From assembly GCA_964106915.2 (NCBI GenBank), contig OZ066925.1: a stretch of DNA of 64,000 bases; one strand, given 5' to 3'. Positions 35,938 through 49,430 of this stretch are shown here, in pieces. The notes below the pieces were generated by a model. That model had not been told where the DNA came from, did not search any database, and worked only from the letters and a program-made list of their open reading frames with translations. The position numbers and the translations under genes are program-made. Numbering within the stretch: position 1 is the first letter of the stretch; every line of letters starts with the position of its first letter. This DNA is from Podarcis gaigeae. Taxonomy: Eukaryota.

Positions 35938-36039
35938 CTTCTTCATCTTTGGGAGATGTGCAGACGAGATCACGACAGACTCTCTTTTCCGTTTCAACTT
36001 CAACTTCAAAAAATGTATTTACAAGGTCTTCTGCCCCAT
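35938..36039 (-). CDS. SNX13: SNX13 exon 7 (102 nt), PXA
   Basis: tag|ATGGGG...GAAG|gttttc (weak donor); DGAEDLVNTFFEVEVETEKRVCRDLVCTSPKDEE. Confidence 0.92.
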
Positions 36040-37011
36040 CTAAATAGAATTGGAAAATTTGAGCACATCAGTTACACTGAGATTCTTTTTCCAAATGAAC
36101 CTCTATGAGAAACTTCTTAACTATTTAAATATAATTCTGCTTAGCATTTTAATTTTCTTTTCTCATGTGTGACAGGATATGTATTTCACAATGAGGAAAA
36201 TCTTAAAGCTCAGTTCAGTGACTACATTGTGTGCACTTCCACTACAGTCAAAACATAACTCAAGAGTTCCAAGCCAGGAAATGGCCACAGCAGGGACTCT
36301 GGTCCTTGTGTTTGGTAGTATACACAAAGAATAATCACAACTGCTTTCCTTGAAAATGGAAGTCTGTGTGACAGGAAGCAACTGCTCTCTCAACCATTAG
36401 AGTACAGGCTGTACTGTAATTTGTATTTCTGATACCATAAGTTTCCAGTTTAAGTACTTAGTTCTTTCAATAGGGAAAATCACCAGAAGACCAAATCTAT
36501 TGCATCCAAAACCAGTGAATCACCTAATCTGCCTTTTCAAGCAGACTTATGTTAGCTACTACAGAATACAATTATCTAGACAGAGAAAAGAAAGCTTCTA
36601 CTGCGGAGGAGCATCTATCTTGCCCAATGACTTCTGTCAAGACAGAAGAGGGCTGGCATACAATACTGCGCCTCCTGTTCCCTTTGCCTTCCTGAAAAAC
36701 CCTTCCTGGGGAGCAGGAGAATAGGAAATCAGGAGGAATATGAGTGGAGACAACTTGCACTCTTGTGTCAAACAATGGAACCCATAATGTTTAAACCTGA
36801 TATTTATTTATCACTAGTAGATACATATTTAATGCCAAACTAAGGCCCTTGTGGCAATTAAAACCACTGTAAAAGAAGATATTACACACACTAAGCTCTT
36901 ATCTGAAAGATAACAGCAGCTGAATGCATTGAGAAATAGCTGTAGGCTACCTTTTACACAACTCAATTAATTACAAATTTTAACACAACATATGAAAGTT
37001 GTAGGCATTAC

Positions 37012-37133
37012 CCTTAATCTGATCCTCTTTCTCCGTTATCCTTTGCTGAGCTTTTCTGAATACTCTTAGATGAGTGGTAAAGTCATCTACGAGCCGGGTG
37101 GTAAAATAAGGCTGCCAATCTACTTCTTTTGAC
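37012..37133 (-). CDS. SNX13: SNX13 exon 6 (122 nt), PXA
   Basis: aag|GTCAAA...AAGG|gtaatg; SKEVDWQPYFTTRLVDDFTTHLRVFRKAQQRITEKEDQIK. Confidence 0.95.
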
Positions 37134-38996
37134 CTTTCAAAATAAAGAAATACTACATAGACATAATGTTATAAAGCAGACAGACAGTGCAATTTTAAAC
37201 ATGTTTTCTCAACAGTAAACTACATTGCGCTCAATGTAGTTTACTCCCTAGTAGCTTAAAGTTTGTTTGGAGAGGGGTTTTTGTCTGTTTTGTTTTGTTT
37301 TACAGTGAACTGTTTTAGGAAAGAGGAATTATGATGAGTACAATTGGCATGTGGTTGGTTACAAAAAAATGAATTCAGTAAAAACTATTCCTTCCAGTAC
37401 TTAAGTTGCACATAGTAGAATACAACAGTAGGTGGCAACCTTACATAAAAATGCTGTTCAAGACCTCTCAAGCACATGGATGAGGAAGGAAGGAATCTAG
37501 AAAGCTGTGGTCCTAAAGTAGACACCTTTGATCGAATTGGCCAGGAGGATCAATGCAGAGATCAGAGCAGGGGCTTGCTCCAAAACTGTGCATTGCTGAA
37601 TTCCCATTTTCTTACAGATTTGTATTTAAGGCGGTCTGAACTTTGCCTATCTGTTTCTTTTATAAGTTATTTCAGCCACCTAAGAGCCAGTACAAAGTGT
37701 GCTGGTCTCCAGCCATCACGTGTAGAAATCAAAATAGCAAACGTCACTGGGTCTTGATGGTGTGATGTTACTGTCAGGGAAACCTTGCATACATTTCATG
37801 CATTTTACACTCAATTGCCCCTAAAACTAAGGGGATGTCCAATTACTCATAAATATGTAAAATGTACATTAAAATTCCTTTAAGGGCAACAGCATGTCAT
37901 CCAGACCTATCACTCTCAGAAAGACTTGCTACAATAATTTCAATGCATGTGATGGCAGAAATCTCACATATAATCAAACAATTCATAAGCATCTGGAATT
38001 ACTTTTTAAATACATTGAAATATGACAGAGATGCAGCCCTTGGACCACTTCATGTTCTTTTCTAAATTTATATTTCATAAACTTCTGGATTTTAAAGGAA
38101 ACATATAGTTTTGTCTTTGAAAACCCATGCAGAAACAGCATGGAATGGAACTTTGTCCTATCCCATGACAAACTGGCCCAATATTTTTTTTCCTGGAACC
38201 ATCCCTATTCCAGAGAGACAAAACAAAACAAAAACCAATCCCAAATGTATGACATAATGATCTGTAAGTATTAGTAACACCTGGTGAACAATCTAACCAT
38301 TCAACAACAGAAGGTTATTATGTTCAAACTGTTTTGTGTAACACAATAAAATGTGTACAGTTCTGTGAAATAAAGTATCTGAAGATGTACTGGATCTAAA
38401 TAAAGACTCCCTCCTAAAGAAACTTGTATTTAATGCCTAAAGGGAGATCAAGTAAGTTTGAAATAGCTAACCAGCATCTGTATATATTGGGTTAGAAGCA
38501 GATTAATCTAGTTACACTTTGCTCCCACTGAAATCAAAAGAATTTAAATCATGACAAATGATTCACATTTATTTCAATGAGAATTAAATACAACTAACCT
38601 ACTGTTGCTCCAACCTATCTTTACATTTTTAATAAATCCTGAAAATATGAGTTGGAAAAAGATGTCCAACTTATTCCTGCTTGTGAGAACAAGCAGTGAA
38701 ACCACTTATTATATTTCAGTGAGCAGAAGTGAGTAATGTTAACAACTTCCAGGATATGAAGGGTCATATTTCACAGTATAAAGATGATAATATTTGGCTG
38801 AAATTCACAAGTTACGCAGCACCTTATTGCCACTTAAATACTTTCTCATTATGAGATGAAAAAGTGGTTTCTTTGATCAGTAAACTGAAACAACAAAATA
38901 AGTTCATAAGTTTTTCCTACCATTTGATATAAGCAAGTTTCCAACAGTTGTTGATCATCATATGAAATGTCAATTACTTGTATACATCAAGGGATC

Positions 38997-39133
38997 CAGT
39001 TGGTAAAGCATGAAACTCTTAATCTCAGGGTTTTGAGTTCAAGCCCCATGTTCGATAAAATATTCCTGCACTGCAGAAGATTAGACTAGACAACCTTTGT
39101 GGTCCCCTTCTATTCCTCAATTCTATGATTCTA
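38997..39133 (+). mobile_element. tRNA-Lys-derived SINE with CR1-type 3' tail
   Basis: Head CAGTTGGTAAAGCATGAAACTCTTAATCTCAGGGTTTTGAGTTCAAGCCCCATGTT resembles tRNA-Lys(CTT) with decayed A/B boxes; tail ends ATTCTATGATTCTA like the CR1 at 24140. Confidence 0.8.
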
Positions 39134-39387
39134 GGTCGGAACCTATGAAATATTCCCCTCTTTAAAAAAGCCAAGTTGTCCTTGTAAGCAAGCAGCTGTA
39201 ACACAAACTCACAAAACATGATATATGTGTGCAACCTTTTGTGATACCATCTGTTTTTATTGCATGCAACTTACTAATATATTGCAAGGAAGAATTATGA
39301 ACCATTTTTAATCTACTTTTGTAAGCTACTGGGGTAATTTTAGGGAAAGCTTTTGTGATTTGTTTGAAAAACAAAAGTAATTCTTAC

Positions 39388-39509
39388 CTAGAAGAAAACT
39401 GAATTAGTGCATTTTGGAGAGCTTGCCTGATTTCAAGAAGAAAAGATTCATCGTCACTTAGTGTGTAATACCAATACTGGACATAGTCACGCAAGGAAAA
39501 CTGGATAAC
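39388..39509 (-). CDS. SNX13: SNX13 exon 5 (122 nt), PXA
   Basis: tag|GTTATC...TCTAG|gtaaga; VIQFSLRDYVQYWYYTLSDDESFLLEIRQALQNALIQFSS. Confidence 0.95.
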
Positions 39510-42500
39510 CTAAAATTGTATCAAATTAGATAAATAAAATATTAAAACATTCATGTGTGTAATTGTTTCTACATTATCTGAAAATTGTGCTAAACAAGTA
39601 ATGCTTATAAGGGCTAAAGTCGTGATGCTGGCCTGGTTCAGACAACACAGTAAACCAAAGTTCACACAACTTTGTGGTGTTTCCCTCCTCCCTGCGAGCA
39701 TTTGGAGAAAACAAACTACGATCCTTGGCTTAGCATTATATCTGAATCAGGATTCATGGTTTGTTTTGCTCCTAGCAAACCTCAATCTGTAGCCAAGGTT
39801 TGTTCTTGGGTTGCTGACCATAGATTGTCAGGAGCAAAACAACCCTCAATGCTTCACGAACAAGCAGTTAGAACCAAAAGCCCCATCTTAGGTCTCATTA
39901 CAATAACTTATCAACCCTGGTTCATCATAACATGCAAATGAAGCCATTACTGTGCAACACAATTGTCGTTCAGAACGTGAGAAATTCGGAACACTAACAT
40001 GAATCACAATTCTGGGTGTGCTCAAGATGACAAGCACACTGCAGAGCTCTCCTGCTGCTGGTCACATTGACTCAAGAGTATTATACCTTTCGTGTTCTGG
40101 GTCATAGCCACTTGCTTAAATAAAGGTTCAGAGCTTAATTAGGCTTATCAGAGTGAGGGGTTTTTTTTGCCACTATCTTGATTTACTTAAAATCAGGTTG
40201 GTTACAGTTGCATTTATACAGCGACTCTTGGTAGAGTACATCAAGGGAGAAGGAATGTTTGTGCAGGAGAGAGAAGGAACCATGTGTTGCATGATTTCAC
40301 AAGTCCTCTTCCTAAATGTCTAGTTTATTCTACATCTCTGTTACATGACAATACTGAAAAGCTTTTTCTGACTAAAGTAGCAGTCAGTGCATTTTTAAAC
40401 ATGGCAAATGTCACAATTCCTTTCCCCAAACCTACAGTGAACTGTGGCCACAGGTACCTATGATGTAAAACTGCCATCAATAGTGTTTTCCAAATTTTAC
40501 AAATAGCAACACAAGGCTTACTTTGCTTTTGATTTTAATTCCACAAATCTTAGAATTAAGCACTTACATAAAGGGGTTATGTTCTCATTAACAACAACAA
40601 TATATAAAAGCTTGTTGTTGTTAATGAGAGCTTAAACGCCTTATGTATTTTGCAACAGTAGAGAATAATACAGGGGGAGGGGGAGAGGATCAAAACTTGA
40701 AACGTTAAGACAAAACAGCAAACAGTAAATTACGCTTTAAATCTCCAGATATCCAAACTAATCTCAGTATTTGTCTAGGAATGATGTCAAGGACTCAAAG
40801 ACACCAGGTCATGAAATCCACCCAGTGCTAAGGCAAATTTACCATCCCCCTACGAAAACATACAACCCCCCCCCACACACTATACAGAAGTTTCCCCTTA
40901 GCTAATGAGTACAAAAAGTACAAAAGTATTTTTCCCTCAGTAATCATGCTGCTTGCAAGCTTTGAAAGGCTTTGAAAAAAACCAGCAAAGCTATTTTGCA
41001 TTTTGAGTATGACCCAGGGCAAGCCTTGCATACATGTCCTCTTTCCTTCTCTTACTTAAAGTGGAAATAAAGGAGACTAGAAATCTCCATATCTGTTTGC
41101 AGCAAATGATAGGTTACAGCTTGGTCTGGGATCCTAGTTTTCTTTAACCATAGTTTGTTGAGTTTGGATTGAAGAGCAAACTGTGGTTTGCTGCAAAAAA
41201 AAAAAAAAGGAATGGAAGCTTCTAATCCCCTCCCCTCATAAATGGAGAAGGGATAAGCAGAGTAGGGAGTATGCAAATTAAAAATTCATGCCTGTTCCTA
41301 TCACTGCATTTTATAATTGACTGGAATGGTTAACATATATTTTAGCCCTGATAAAGAGTTCTGCTCAAAATTCATAGAGCATTTGACTCTTTTTTGAAGG
41401 GGGTGGGGAACCATTTATTAAATATTTATGTCCTCCTTTACATCCACAAGTGCATTTCCTCAAGGGTGCAGGACATGTTCTTTCAAAGTATGAATTTACA
41501 TTAAATATAATGTAAATATAATACAGTGTCAGAAAGACTTTAATTTCTCAAGTTCTAAAAACCAGGGAGCAAGCAAGAGTAGTGATATACGTTCCTTAAT
41601 TGAGGAAACCACAATTCAATTCTAGATATTGCTTGATGCTTCTGCAGTTCTGTGCCAGTTCTGTGCTATCTGTTTCTGGTTACATACATCAACCATGTCT
41701 GGGGCAAAGACCATAAGTCAAACAGTAATCATCATCTGCCCCTTCCCCCACCCTCCACTTCAACCAGAACAACCACAGTCTACCTGGTGATAATTCAGAG
41801 CATAATCTAAGCATGTAGAATGACTGAATATAAACGATACATATTTTATAGTTGGCTTGTTTAGCAACTAACAACTGCTTCAGACCATAGTTTAGCATTA
41901 CATGTAAACCAGCTCTTTTAGTAAGACCTTTTGAAGTGGACCCACAACAAGGAATGCAAAAACAATCCGGACAAGGTATTATTTAGCCAGTTTATTCTCT
42001 TACATTTTAAACCCAGTTTTCTTCCATCTTGCATGCCACCTTGGGCTCCATGTGGTACTCTGGCAGACACCGATTCATGGGCTAGCCAGAAACAGACCTC
42101 CTTAGCTTCAGTAAGATGGTAGCTTTAGGCACCTTCAGGTTATACTCATGTACTTATGGGGGAAACGTGTTGTACTGGCTATCTACAACTTCAACACATA
42201 TCTACAATTGGCTATCTACAACTTCAACACAACTTCAATAGATATATGAGACAGATGTGATCCAATGAAAACACGAATAAGTCCTTCACTTCCTTGGGAT
42301 AACAGTCAGAAAGTCCAAGCCACTTCAAAAGGGGCTAACCACATTTAGGACATGATTTCTACCTGATCTATGACCAGAAATAATGTGAAGTGGAAATTGG
42401 TTAGAGGCATAACATATTCAAATAAATGTGATACAGCCCAGTATGCTCATTATTTCTGCCCCAAGGAGACAAGGAATAAGAACATATGTGTACTCAATAT

Positions 42501-42615
42501 ATACTAGCTTGAAAGTTCTATTTCAGCATCCCAAAAAAAAATCTTACTACAGCAAATGTCACATAATATCATGGCTATAGTCTGATTTACAATTAAATTA
42601 TTTTTCAAAACTTAC

Positions 42616-42705
42616 TTGTTGCAAAGGTTCATCAATTATATAAGCTCCAGTCAACCTCCTATCAATCTTAATAGGCTTGCTTTCCTGTTTCATTTCTTCT
42701 ATGCA
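42616..42705 (-). CDS. SNX13: SNX13 exon 4 (90 nt), start of PXA domain
   Basis: aag|TGCATA...CAACAA|gtaagt; CIEEMKQESKPIKIDRRLTGAYIIDEPLQQ. Confidence 0.95.
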
Positions 42706-43902
42706 CTTTGGGAGAGAATGGACACTTAAATCAATGCATTAAAAAATTAAATTCTGACACATGCTTATGGTTTACAATGCAAAAAGGATTCAGCAAAGGA
42801 CACACCTACTGGATTTTGTACTTTTGCTTTGTCTATCAGCAACCCTTTGTGTGAGGATACCATATTTAAAAACCACATGGAAGTGCTGTTAAGGATAGCC
42901 ATGATCAAAATCCACTGAGATTACAGAGCTTGTAGCAGGTCCAGTGTTAAACAGTGCGTTAATGTAGTATAGTTTTCATCAATACATTCAGACAGACACA
43001 AAAACAGATATATATCTAAGCATATTTTAATCAAACTGCAGGAGGACCCGACATTCAAGATTACGTTTTAGGCAACAGCTTCTAGTTAATCCACTAAAGA
43101 CAGCTTCGTTCTTCATACCTTGTCTATCTTAGCAACTTAGAATCTAAACCAAAAGCAGAAAGCTTCCTGCATGTACTATAAGCACAAGCTTTACTTCGCT
43201 TTTCAGTCTAAGACTATGAAAGTCCAATTAAGTCAGCTGAAGAAGCAGATGTATCAACTTAAAAAAGATGAAAGGTCTGGAACGGTGATCCTGCCAGGAC
43301 AGACAGCAGAAACCACTTTGGGGCTAATTTGCAGAAAATATACATAAAATACAATATTAGAAAAAGAGAGAAAGCTAAACTAAGTGATATGCAAGATGTA
43401 ATGTTGCATTTAATGTATCTGGGTTTGTTCGTTGCTTTAAAAATAGCAGCTCTACTGCTCTCCAATCTGGATTAGACCAGATTGAAATAAAGCACTAAAC
43501 TCCTCTCCACATGCCCCACAGTCCCAAACCTGATCTACCCTGACAGAAATGCTATCACGCATTTCATGCATCATCTTGTTGAAGTTTCAGAGAGAAATCA
43601 CATGAGAGAAAAAGTCATTTGGGAGTTCACACACATCATCATGTTATTCTGTTTATAAAGTACTTCACGATTCTTACTTTATTTATGACTTCATTTTCAG
43701 TATAACCAAAATTGATATATCAACCATCAGCAGAAGTTGTTTAATAACAAAGGTTGGGGGGGGGGGTGTTCTTTAAATTGCCTATAATACCTTTTCTTTG
43801 GTTGCTAACTTGAAAAGGAAATGTGGCAGATAGCACGAGCACAATAAAGTTTGACTTGCGGAGAATAAATTGTGAAAAATAATGCCAGTATATTTTGCTT
43901 AC

Positions 43903-44005
43903 CTTAGTAATACCAAACGATGTTGGAGGAAGATAGGAGTGTTCACACCGTTCAAGGTACGTCTCTGAGTTGTTTTTCCCAAACAAGAGTGTTACCACAA
44001 AGCCC
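43903..44005 (-). CDS. SNX13: SNX13 exon 3 (103 nt)
   Basis: tag|GGGCTTT...ACTAAG|gtaagc; GFVVTLLFGKNNSETYLERCEHSYLPPTSFGITK. Confidence 0.95.
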
Positions 44006-45138
44006 CTAGAAGAATTTAACTATATTGTAAGTTTCAAACAGTGAGATAAGCTACTAACTTTCTAAATAAAAAATAGCCAAAACTTGTTCCCCAAGCCTCC
44101 ACCTACTCAGTGCTAAATGAATGTTGTTTAAATACTGCAAAAATATTTGTATTAAACAAACTTATTTTTTGGAACACAAATCCTGCTTAACATCTTTGAA
44201 TTAACTTCATTCTTGTGTATTTACCAATTCATCCATAGCAAAAGTTAATACAATATGGTATTAACTTATGGTAAGTTATTCACATTTATGTTTTGCTCCT
44301 CTCTTTCCAGGCACACCTCTGTGCTTAAAAGCTCTAAAGCAGCCCCCCCCCCCAAACCTGGAGTTTCCCCTGTGAAAACCTGCTCTTTAGAGCTCAATTG
44401 GAGCAAACATGAATTTGGGTTTTCTGCAGATTGACATTTGCTCCAACTGAATTTAAAGATTGGATTATTGGATTTTGCAGACAAAGCGCTGAAGCAGCAG
44501 CAGCAACAAAAAGGGCACTTGGATCCAGAGCTTTTAAGTGAAGATTGTGCCTGGAAGGAATGGAAGTGTGGATAAGCCCTAAGTTGAGTTGCAGCATTCA
44601 CAGAAACAAATGGGTTTATAGGAATAGATGAAAATAAAACAGAGAAATTATTTATGCATTTAAAGTGATTTCACTTTAACCTGTCTTGAAGTAAGCCTTG
44701 GGTGAATATGGGTTGTGCATTTTCATAATAGTTAAATTGTCCTTGACTGAACTCTTCAACTGAGGCCTCCATACAGTCAAGGTCTGGTTGAATTTTATCT
44801 CATAATGGATATAACAATGTGCTATCAAAAAACATGCAGGTACAGTGAAATAATTTACTTAAAGATGCTTGATTATCTTGAAAAGAAGCAGAAAGGATGA
44901 ATAATACTGCCAAACAGATGAATAATAATAACAAGGTTCTTTATCAATGTTCCGTCTTTGCAGACATCAAGAAGCCGGGGACCTATTTAAGTAACTTGTC
45001 TTTCTGACTACAATCTCTTTTTGTTTGATCCTTTTTAAAGGGAACATATTTATCAAAATAGTTCTAATTACACTGCATCGTTCTTAAGTACAATGCTTCC
45101 TTTACATATATCAAACACACACAAAATAGCATACTTAC

Positions 45139-45251
45139 CCACCCACGAAGCAGAGAATATAAAATGCAAAGTAAAATATAGCGAATGGTCCAAATGTTAT
45201 TAGAAAAAGCACGACGCCAAGGCTTCCCCATCCCCATATGGAAAGACTGGT
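45139..45251 (-). CDS. SNX13: SNX13 exon 2 (113 nt), N-terminal transmembrane segments
   Basis: cag|ACCAGT...GGTGG|gtaagt; TSLSIWGWGSLGVVLFLITFGPFAIFYFAFYILCFVG. Confidence 0.95.
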
Positions 45252-46293
45252 CTGGAATACAATAAGACACAAAACAAGCAGTTTACATTTTGTATCGGAA
45301 ACAGTAATAGCCAAATCTCTCCTTACACTTTTGCTACTTAACAAAACAATGTTTCCTTTCTACTGAAATAAATAGATGACAGATAGAGGAAGCCAATTTA
45401 GAATAGCTAGAATAGAATAGAATATTACTTTAACAAGGTCTAGCAGCAGTTATACATAGCTAGTACTGAGAATGAGGGGGTAAGGGGAAGGGTGCATGTT
45501 ACAGTAGCTTCCTCCCAAACCCTAAACACCCATTTTTTTAGGGGTGAGTTGAGTCAGACACACATGGAACAGAGAGGCATGTTGGCCCCAGACTTCTTCT
45601 AATGCACATTTTAAGCACACACACCCCTCAGACAAACATATGGCTTTACATAGAAATAAATTCTCTTGAAATTATTGAGACTTCAGTTCCAAGTTATGTT
45701 TCAGGAGCAAGGTAGAACACATTCATATGAACGGAATGTATTTTTATTTTAATAACTACAATATGGTTTGCTTTTACGATGAAGAACTGATGATCACTGA
45801 GATTCACTGATAAACAATTAACTCAGATACATTAATGCCAAATAAGGTAATCCACAAATGGATATGCAGCCCCTAAGCCTGCCATAGGAGGTGGTCTGAA
45901 AAAAAGCTGACCGAATCGCCACAGAACAACCAACAACCAACCAGTCGTGATATTTGTCAACAGCTTTCAGCCAGGGGGGTACCATGGGCACAATTATGTT
46001 GCTTCTTAAAGGGAAGGTACCCCCTTCTTAAAGGGGGGTACCATGGGCACAATTATGTTGCTTCTTAAAGGGAAACAAAATTTACTGTGGCCACAACTTA
46101 CTTTTAAACTATTCTTAACATCCAAAATTTGCAACCATGGTTAGAAGTCAGTTATGGTTTGCAAAAAAACAAAATCAAAACCCAAACCCCAGCACTGGTG
46201 ACCTAAACAAATAAATATTGCTAGCTTCCAAACTGAAAGTGAAAAAGAAATGCCTTTGTAAGAAAGAAAGAAGGATGAAGAAAGGAAAAAGGA

Positions 46294-46317
46294 AGAGAGA
46301 GAGAGAGAGAGAGAGAG
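46294..46317. repeat. (AG)12 microsatellite in a purine-rich tract
   Basis: Perfect AG array. Confidence 0.95.
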
Positions 46318-47831
46318 CGCCAGGTAGGCAGATGGCCAGAGAGGAGGGGGAACAATACAAGTCCATGAGATGCTCCTATGATCTTCCCTAAAGGGGTAGG
46401 CCTTATTTTTCTTTTTATTATTTATATTGTACTGTCTATATACACACAGCTTTATAAAGACAGGTTTGACTGGTCTCTACCTTAGAAGAAAGACAGAAGG
46501 GAAACATCAGAGGAACCAGGGGAAAACAGAGGGAATGGTAAATGGGAAGAATGTGTGATTACTTCAGTTACACATACTTTAGCTTAGGGCCAAACCAGAT
46601 GTGACATTAACTGTGTGAAAGGAATCAATGTGCACACTTTGTATTAGGTACTTGGCAGCAGTGGCTTAAACACTCTCTCCTCACTCTCCGAGTCTCCACC
46701 ATCCCAAACCAGCCCAGGCTCCGCTCAGCAAGTGCTGTTTACACCATACAGCATATGCACTTTGGCTGTACTATCACATCAAGTTTGACCCTCATTTAGA
46801 GCAAGGTACTTGGACCAGGAGAATGTTCAAAAATATTATACTAGGGAAGGGGGTTAAATTGTTCATTCTTGAGGAATCAGGAACTAGCCAGAGATATAAC
46901 ATTACTGGTGCAAAAAACCTAGTTCTAGAATATAGTTGACCAGTTGTGCACACAGGGTAGTGCTTGCTAAACCTTTTTCAGCCCAAGGGGCCATTCCTTC
47001 ATGGACAACCTTCTGGGGGCCACATGCCAGTGAAGGGTGTGGCCACAGACAATGGATGTGACTTTTACCTGTATATAAGAATCCCAAGGGCTTAGAAGGC
47101 CTGGATACTCTCATTTGGTCCCCTGGCCAGATGTTCCCTACTCTGTGCTAAAGGTTGAACTTGGTCAGGTCAGTTGAACTTGGTTAGAGTATCATTAAAT
47201 GCTAGTTAATTCTTCCACCAATATCACTGGGCTCAAAGACCTTTAATTTGGCACCATTATTTCATTAGTGTGTGAGAAAATGCTGCAATATAAAACATAG
47301 TTATGACTGCTATACAGAATTCTGTACAGACTTCTCTTCCCTTCTCCTTCCCTCTTTTCAAATGCAATCCCTGAGGGGAAGGGGGTGGGGTGAAAGCAAA
47401 ACTTCAAGTCTTTTGATGCATCAGAGGTTTATCTAGGTTAGTTATGTCACTTAAGAGTTAGGATGCCAGCAGCAGCACAGCCTTTACTGTAAGAGATGTT
47501 TATGCTGCCAGTGTGCTTACTTAGCCTTAATATCATTTTGCAAGGATTTGTAAGATATACATCTTACAATATCCCAAAGCAAACAGATTCCTCAGAACTG
47601 TGGTGTGCATGAAAACCATATCTCTCTCTTTTAAGAAAATGGGAATATGAGCACCTAGGGACTTCAGTACACTTTAATGCTTACTAATTAAAATAATTAC
47701 CGTACGTTCACTGGTAAATGTCAACACTACCTTCTCTACACAAGGTGCTTGTGGGCAGCATGGTTGTTTTTCTTACTTTTTTAAAAAATAGTCCTTTTAA
47801 CAGCAAGAGAGAACCCAGCTCTGCATTAAAC

Positions 47832-47895
47832 AGAATCATAGAATCAAAGAGTTTGAAGGGACCCTAGGACTAATCTAGTCTAACCCACTGCAATG
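47832..47895 (-). mobile_element. CR1/CR1-SINE 3' tail remnant
   Basis: AGAATCATAGAATCAAAGAGTTTGAAGGGACC...ATCTAGTCTAACCCACTGCAATG is the reverse of a CR1-type tail. Confidence 0.65.
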
Positions 47896-49430
47896 TGCAC
47901 ACACAGCAAAATTCCAAGACTGGGGGCAATGCAGAAAGGATCCAGGATAATCTCATAATGTTTGAGAATAAGGAAAGAGAAACAAACTTCTGCTGGAACT
48001 TCTGGGCAAATTTCACCATGCTATTTCACTGAATAGTGCCTGGCTTCCCCAATAGCAAAAGTAGGATCAAGTTGCTCCTAGAAAGAAAGCTAGAGCAATC
48101 AGTCTTTTTTTCTGCAAGACAGATAACTGAACTGTGAGTGATAGAGCTTATTTAGATGGAGCCAGCTCACTAAAAATAGAGCACACGAATCTATAAATAA
48201 TTTCATGCAAAGCACAACAGAAACCATTAATTGTGCTACTGTAGGATGTGAAACTTGCCACATATGAAAATGAAGAGGAAAGATGTTCTATATAGTTTTA
48301 GTAACACATAAATGGGGGTGGGAGATATCTACAGCAGAATTGTCTTCATCATGATTGACTTTATTCCAACCACTAGGTGCCCAGGCTACTGCTGCTTTTC
48401 ATTTTTCCAGGGACACTGTCGACTCGTGGAACTCACTACCCGTTGCCTAAATTGCTTCATTATGTAAGAAAGACAGCATTGCTTATCAAAGGGTGATGAT
48501 CCCAACCTCATAGCATAGCCGAGGCCCTAGCCTCTTTCCCTCAAATATAGAGCCTTAGTGTCTGGATTCGGTTATTTCAGGCTACAGTACGCAAATGCAT
48601 TTTCTCTGCACACAGCATATGAAGGAGAAGATATATTCTGACTATGATTTTGCTCCCCATGCTCAGGAGATATATATGAGAAAGAAACAGTCAAGCACTA
48701 ATTCTACCATCTTAGCTGAAATAGTACACTGAAACAAAAGCAACATAGCACGATATGTACTTCTGCTCCCAATATGCACACATTAGCTTGAGGCACTGAG
48801 ACAATCCTGAAGGTCTGGTCACTAGACTGAATGCACAACATAAACACAGCAGCATCTGTCATCCCTGCTATACCAGATCTTACCACATAGCCATAAATCA
48901 AATTGGACCACAGAAAAAGCAAAGAGAAAAGGTTAGTGCGTACATACTCTTGCGAAGACCACAACAGAGAACATTTGAACTTAGACTAATCCTTTTCATT
49001 TCCAAGCCAAGAGATAAAGATCACTCAGGTGCAGTTTATTGGTTAAGTAGATTATTTCTATTTTGAGTTTTACTAGTGTCACATTACTAAAAGTGTGGTT
49101 TCAAAACACACGTCACAATGCTACCAAAGTTAAGTACCTTATATCTACACTGAAAAACACGTTGAACTCTCCTGTTGAAATCACTGGAGCTTACAAATGG
49201 TTCATTCATAGATATAGATATATAGCTATAATATCACCATTCAGCTATAATCCCAGGACAGTTTATAAAACCCCCTGAAAGTTAAAATCAGCTAAAAGCC
49301 ATAACATTATAAAAGCAACATCATTAAAAGTGCCGCTTAAAAGCTCAGGAAAATGAAAATTACTTTTCCTGGTGCTAAAAGAATAATAAAGTGAGAGTCA
49401 GTGCATTCAGTATAACAAAGCATAATGCAA

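Larger units (their letters stand above)
2945..45251 (-). other. SNX13: SNX13 gene body (exons 2-26 plus 3'UTR); exon 1 not seen in window
   Basis: The 25 spliced exons translate without a stop into a protein collinear with recalled human SNX13, from TSLSIWGWGSLG to QAPSLQKR*. All introns are GT-AG and the phases match. Exon sum 2895 nt + 12 nt for exon 1 = 969 codons. Confidence 0.97.

Noticed and set aside
38997-39055. Functional tRNA-Lys gene
   Set aside because: The acceptor stem and boxes are decayed and the sequence runs into a CR1-type tail, so it is a SINE head.
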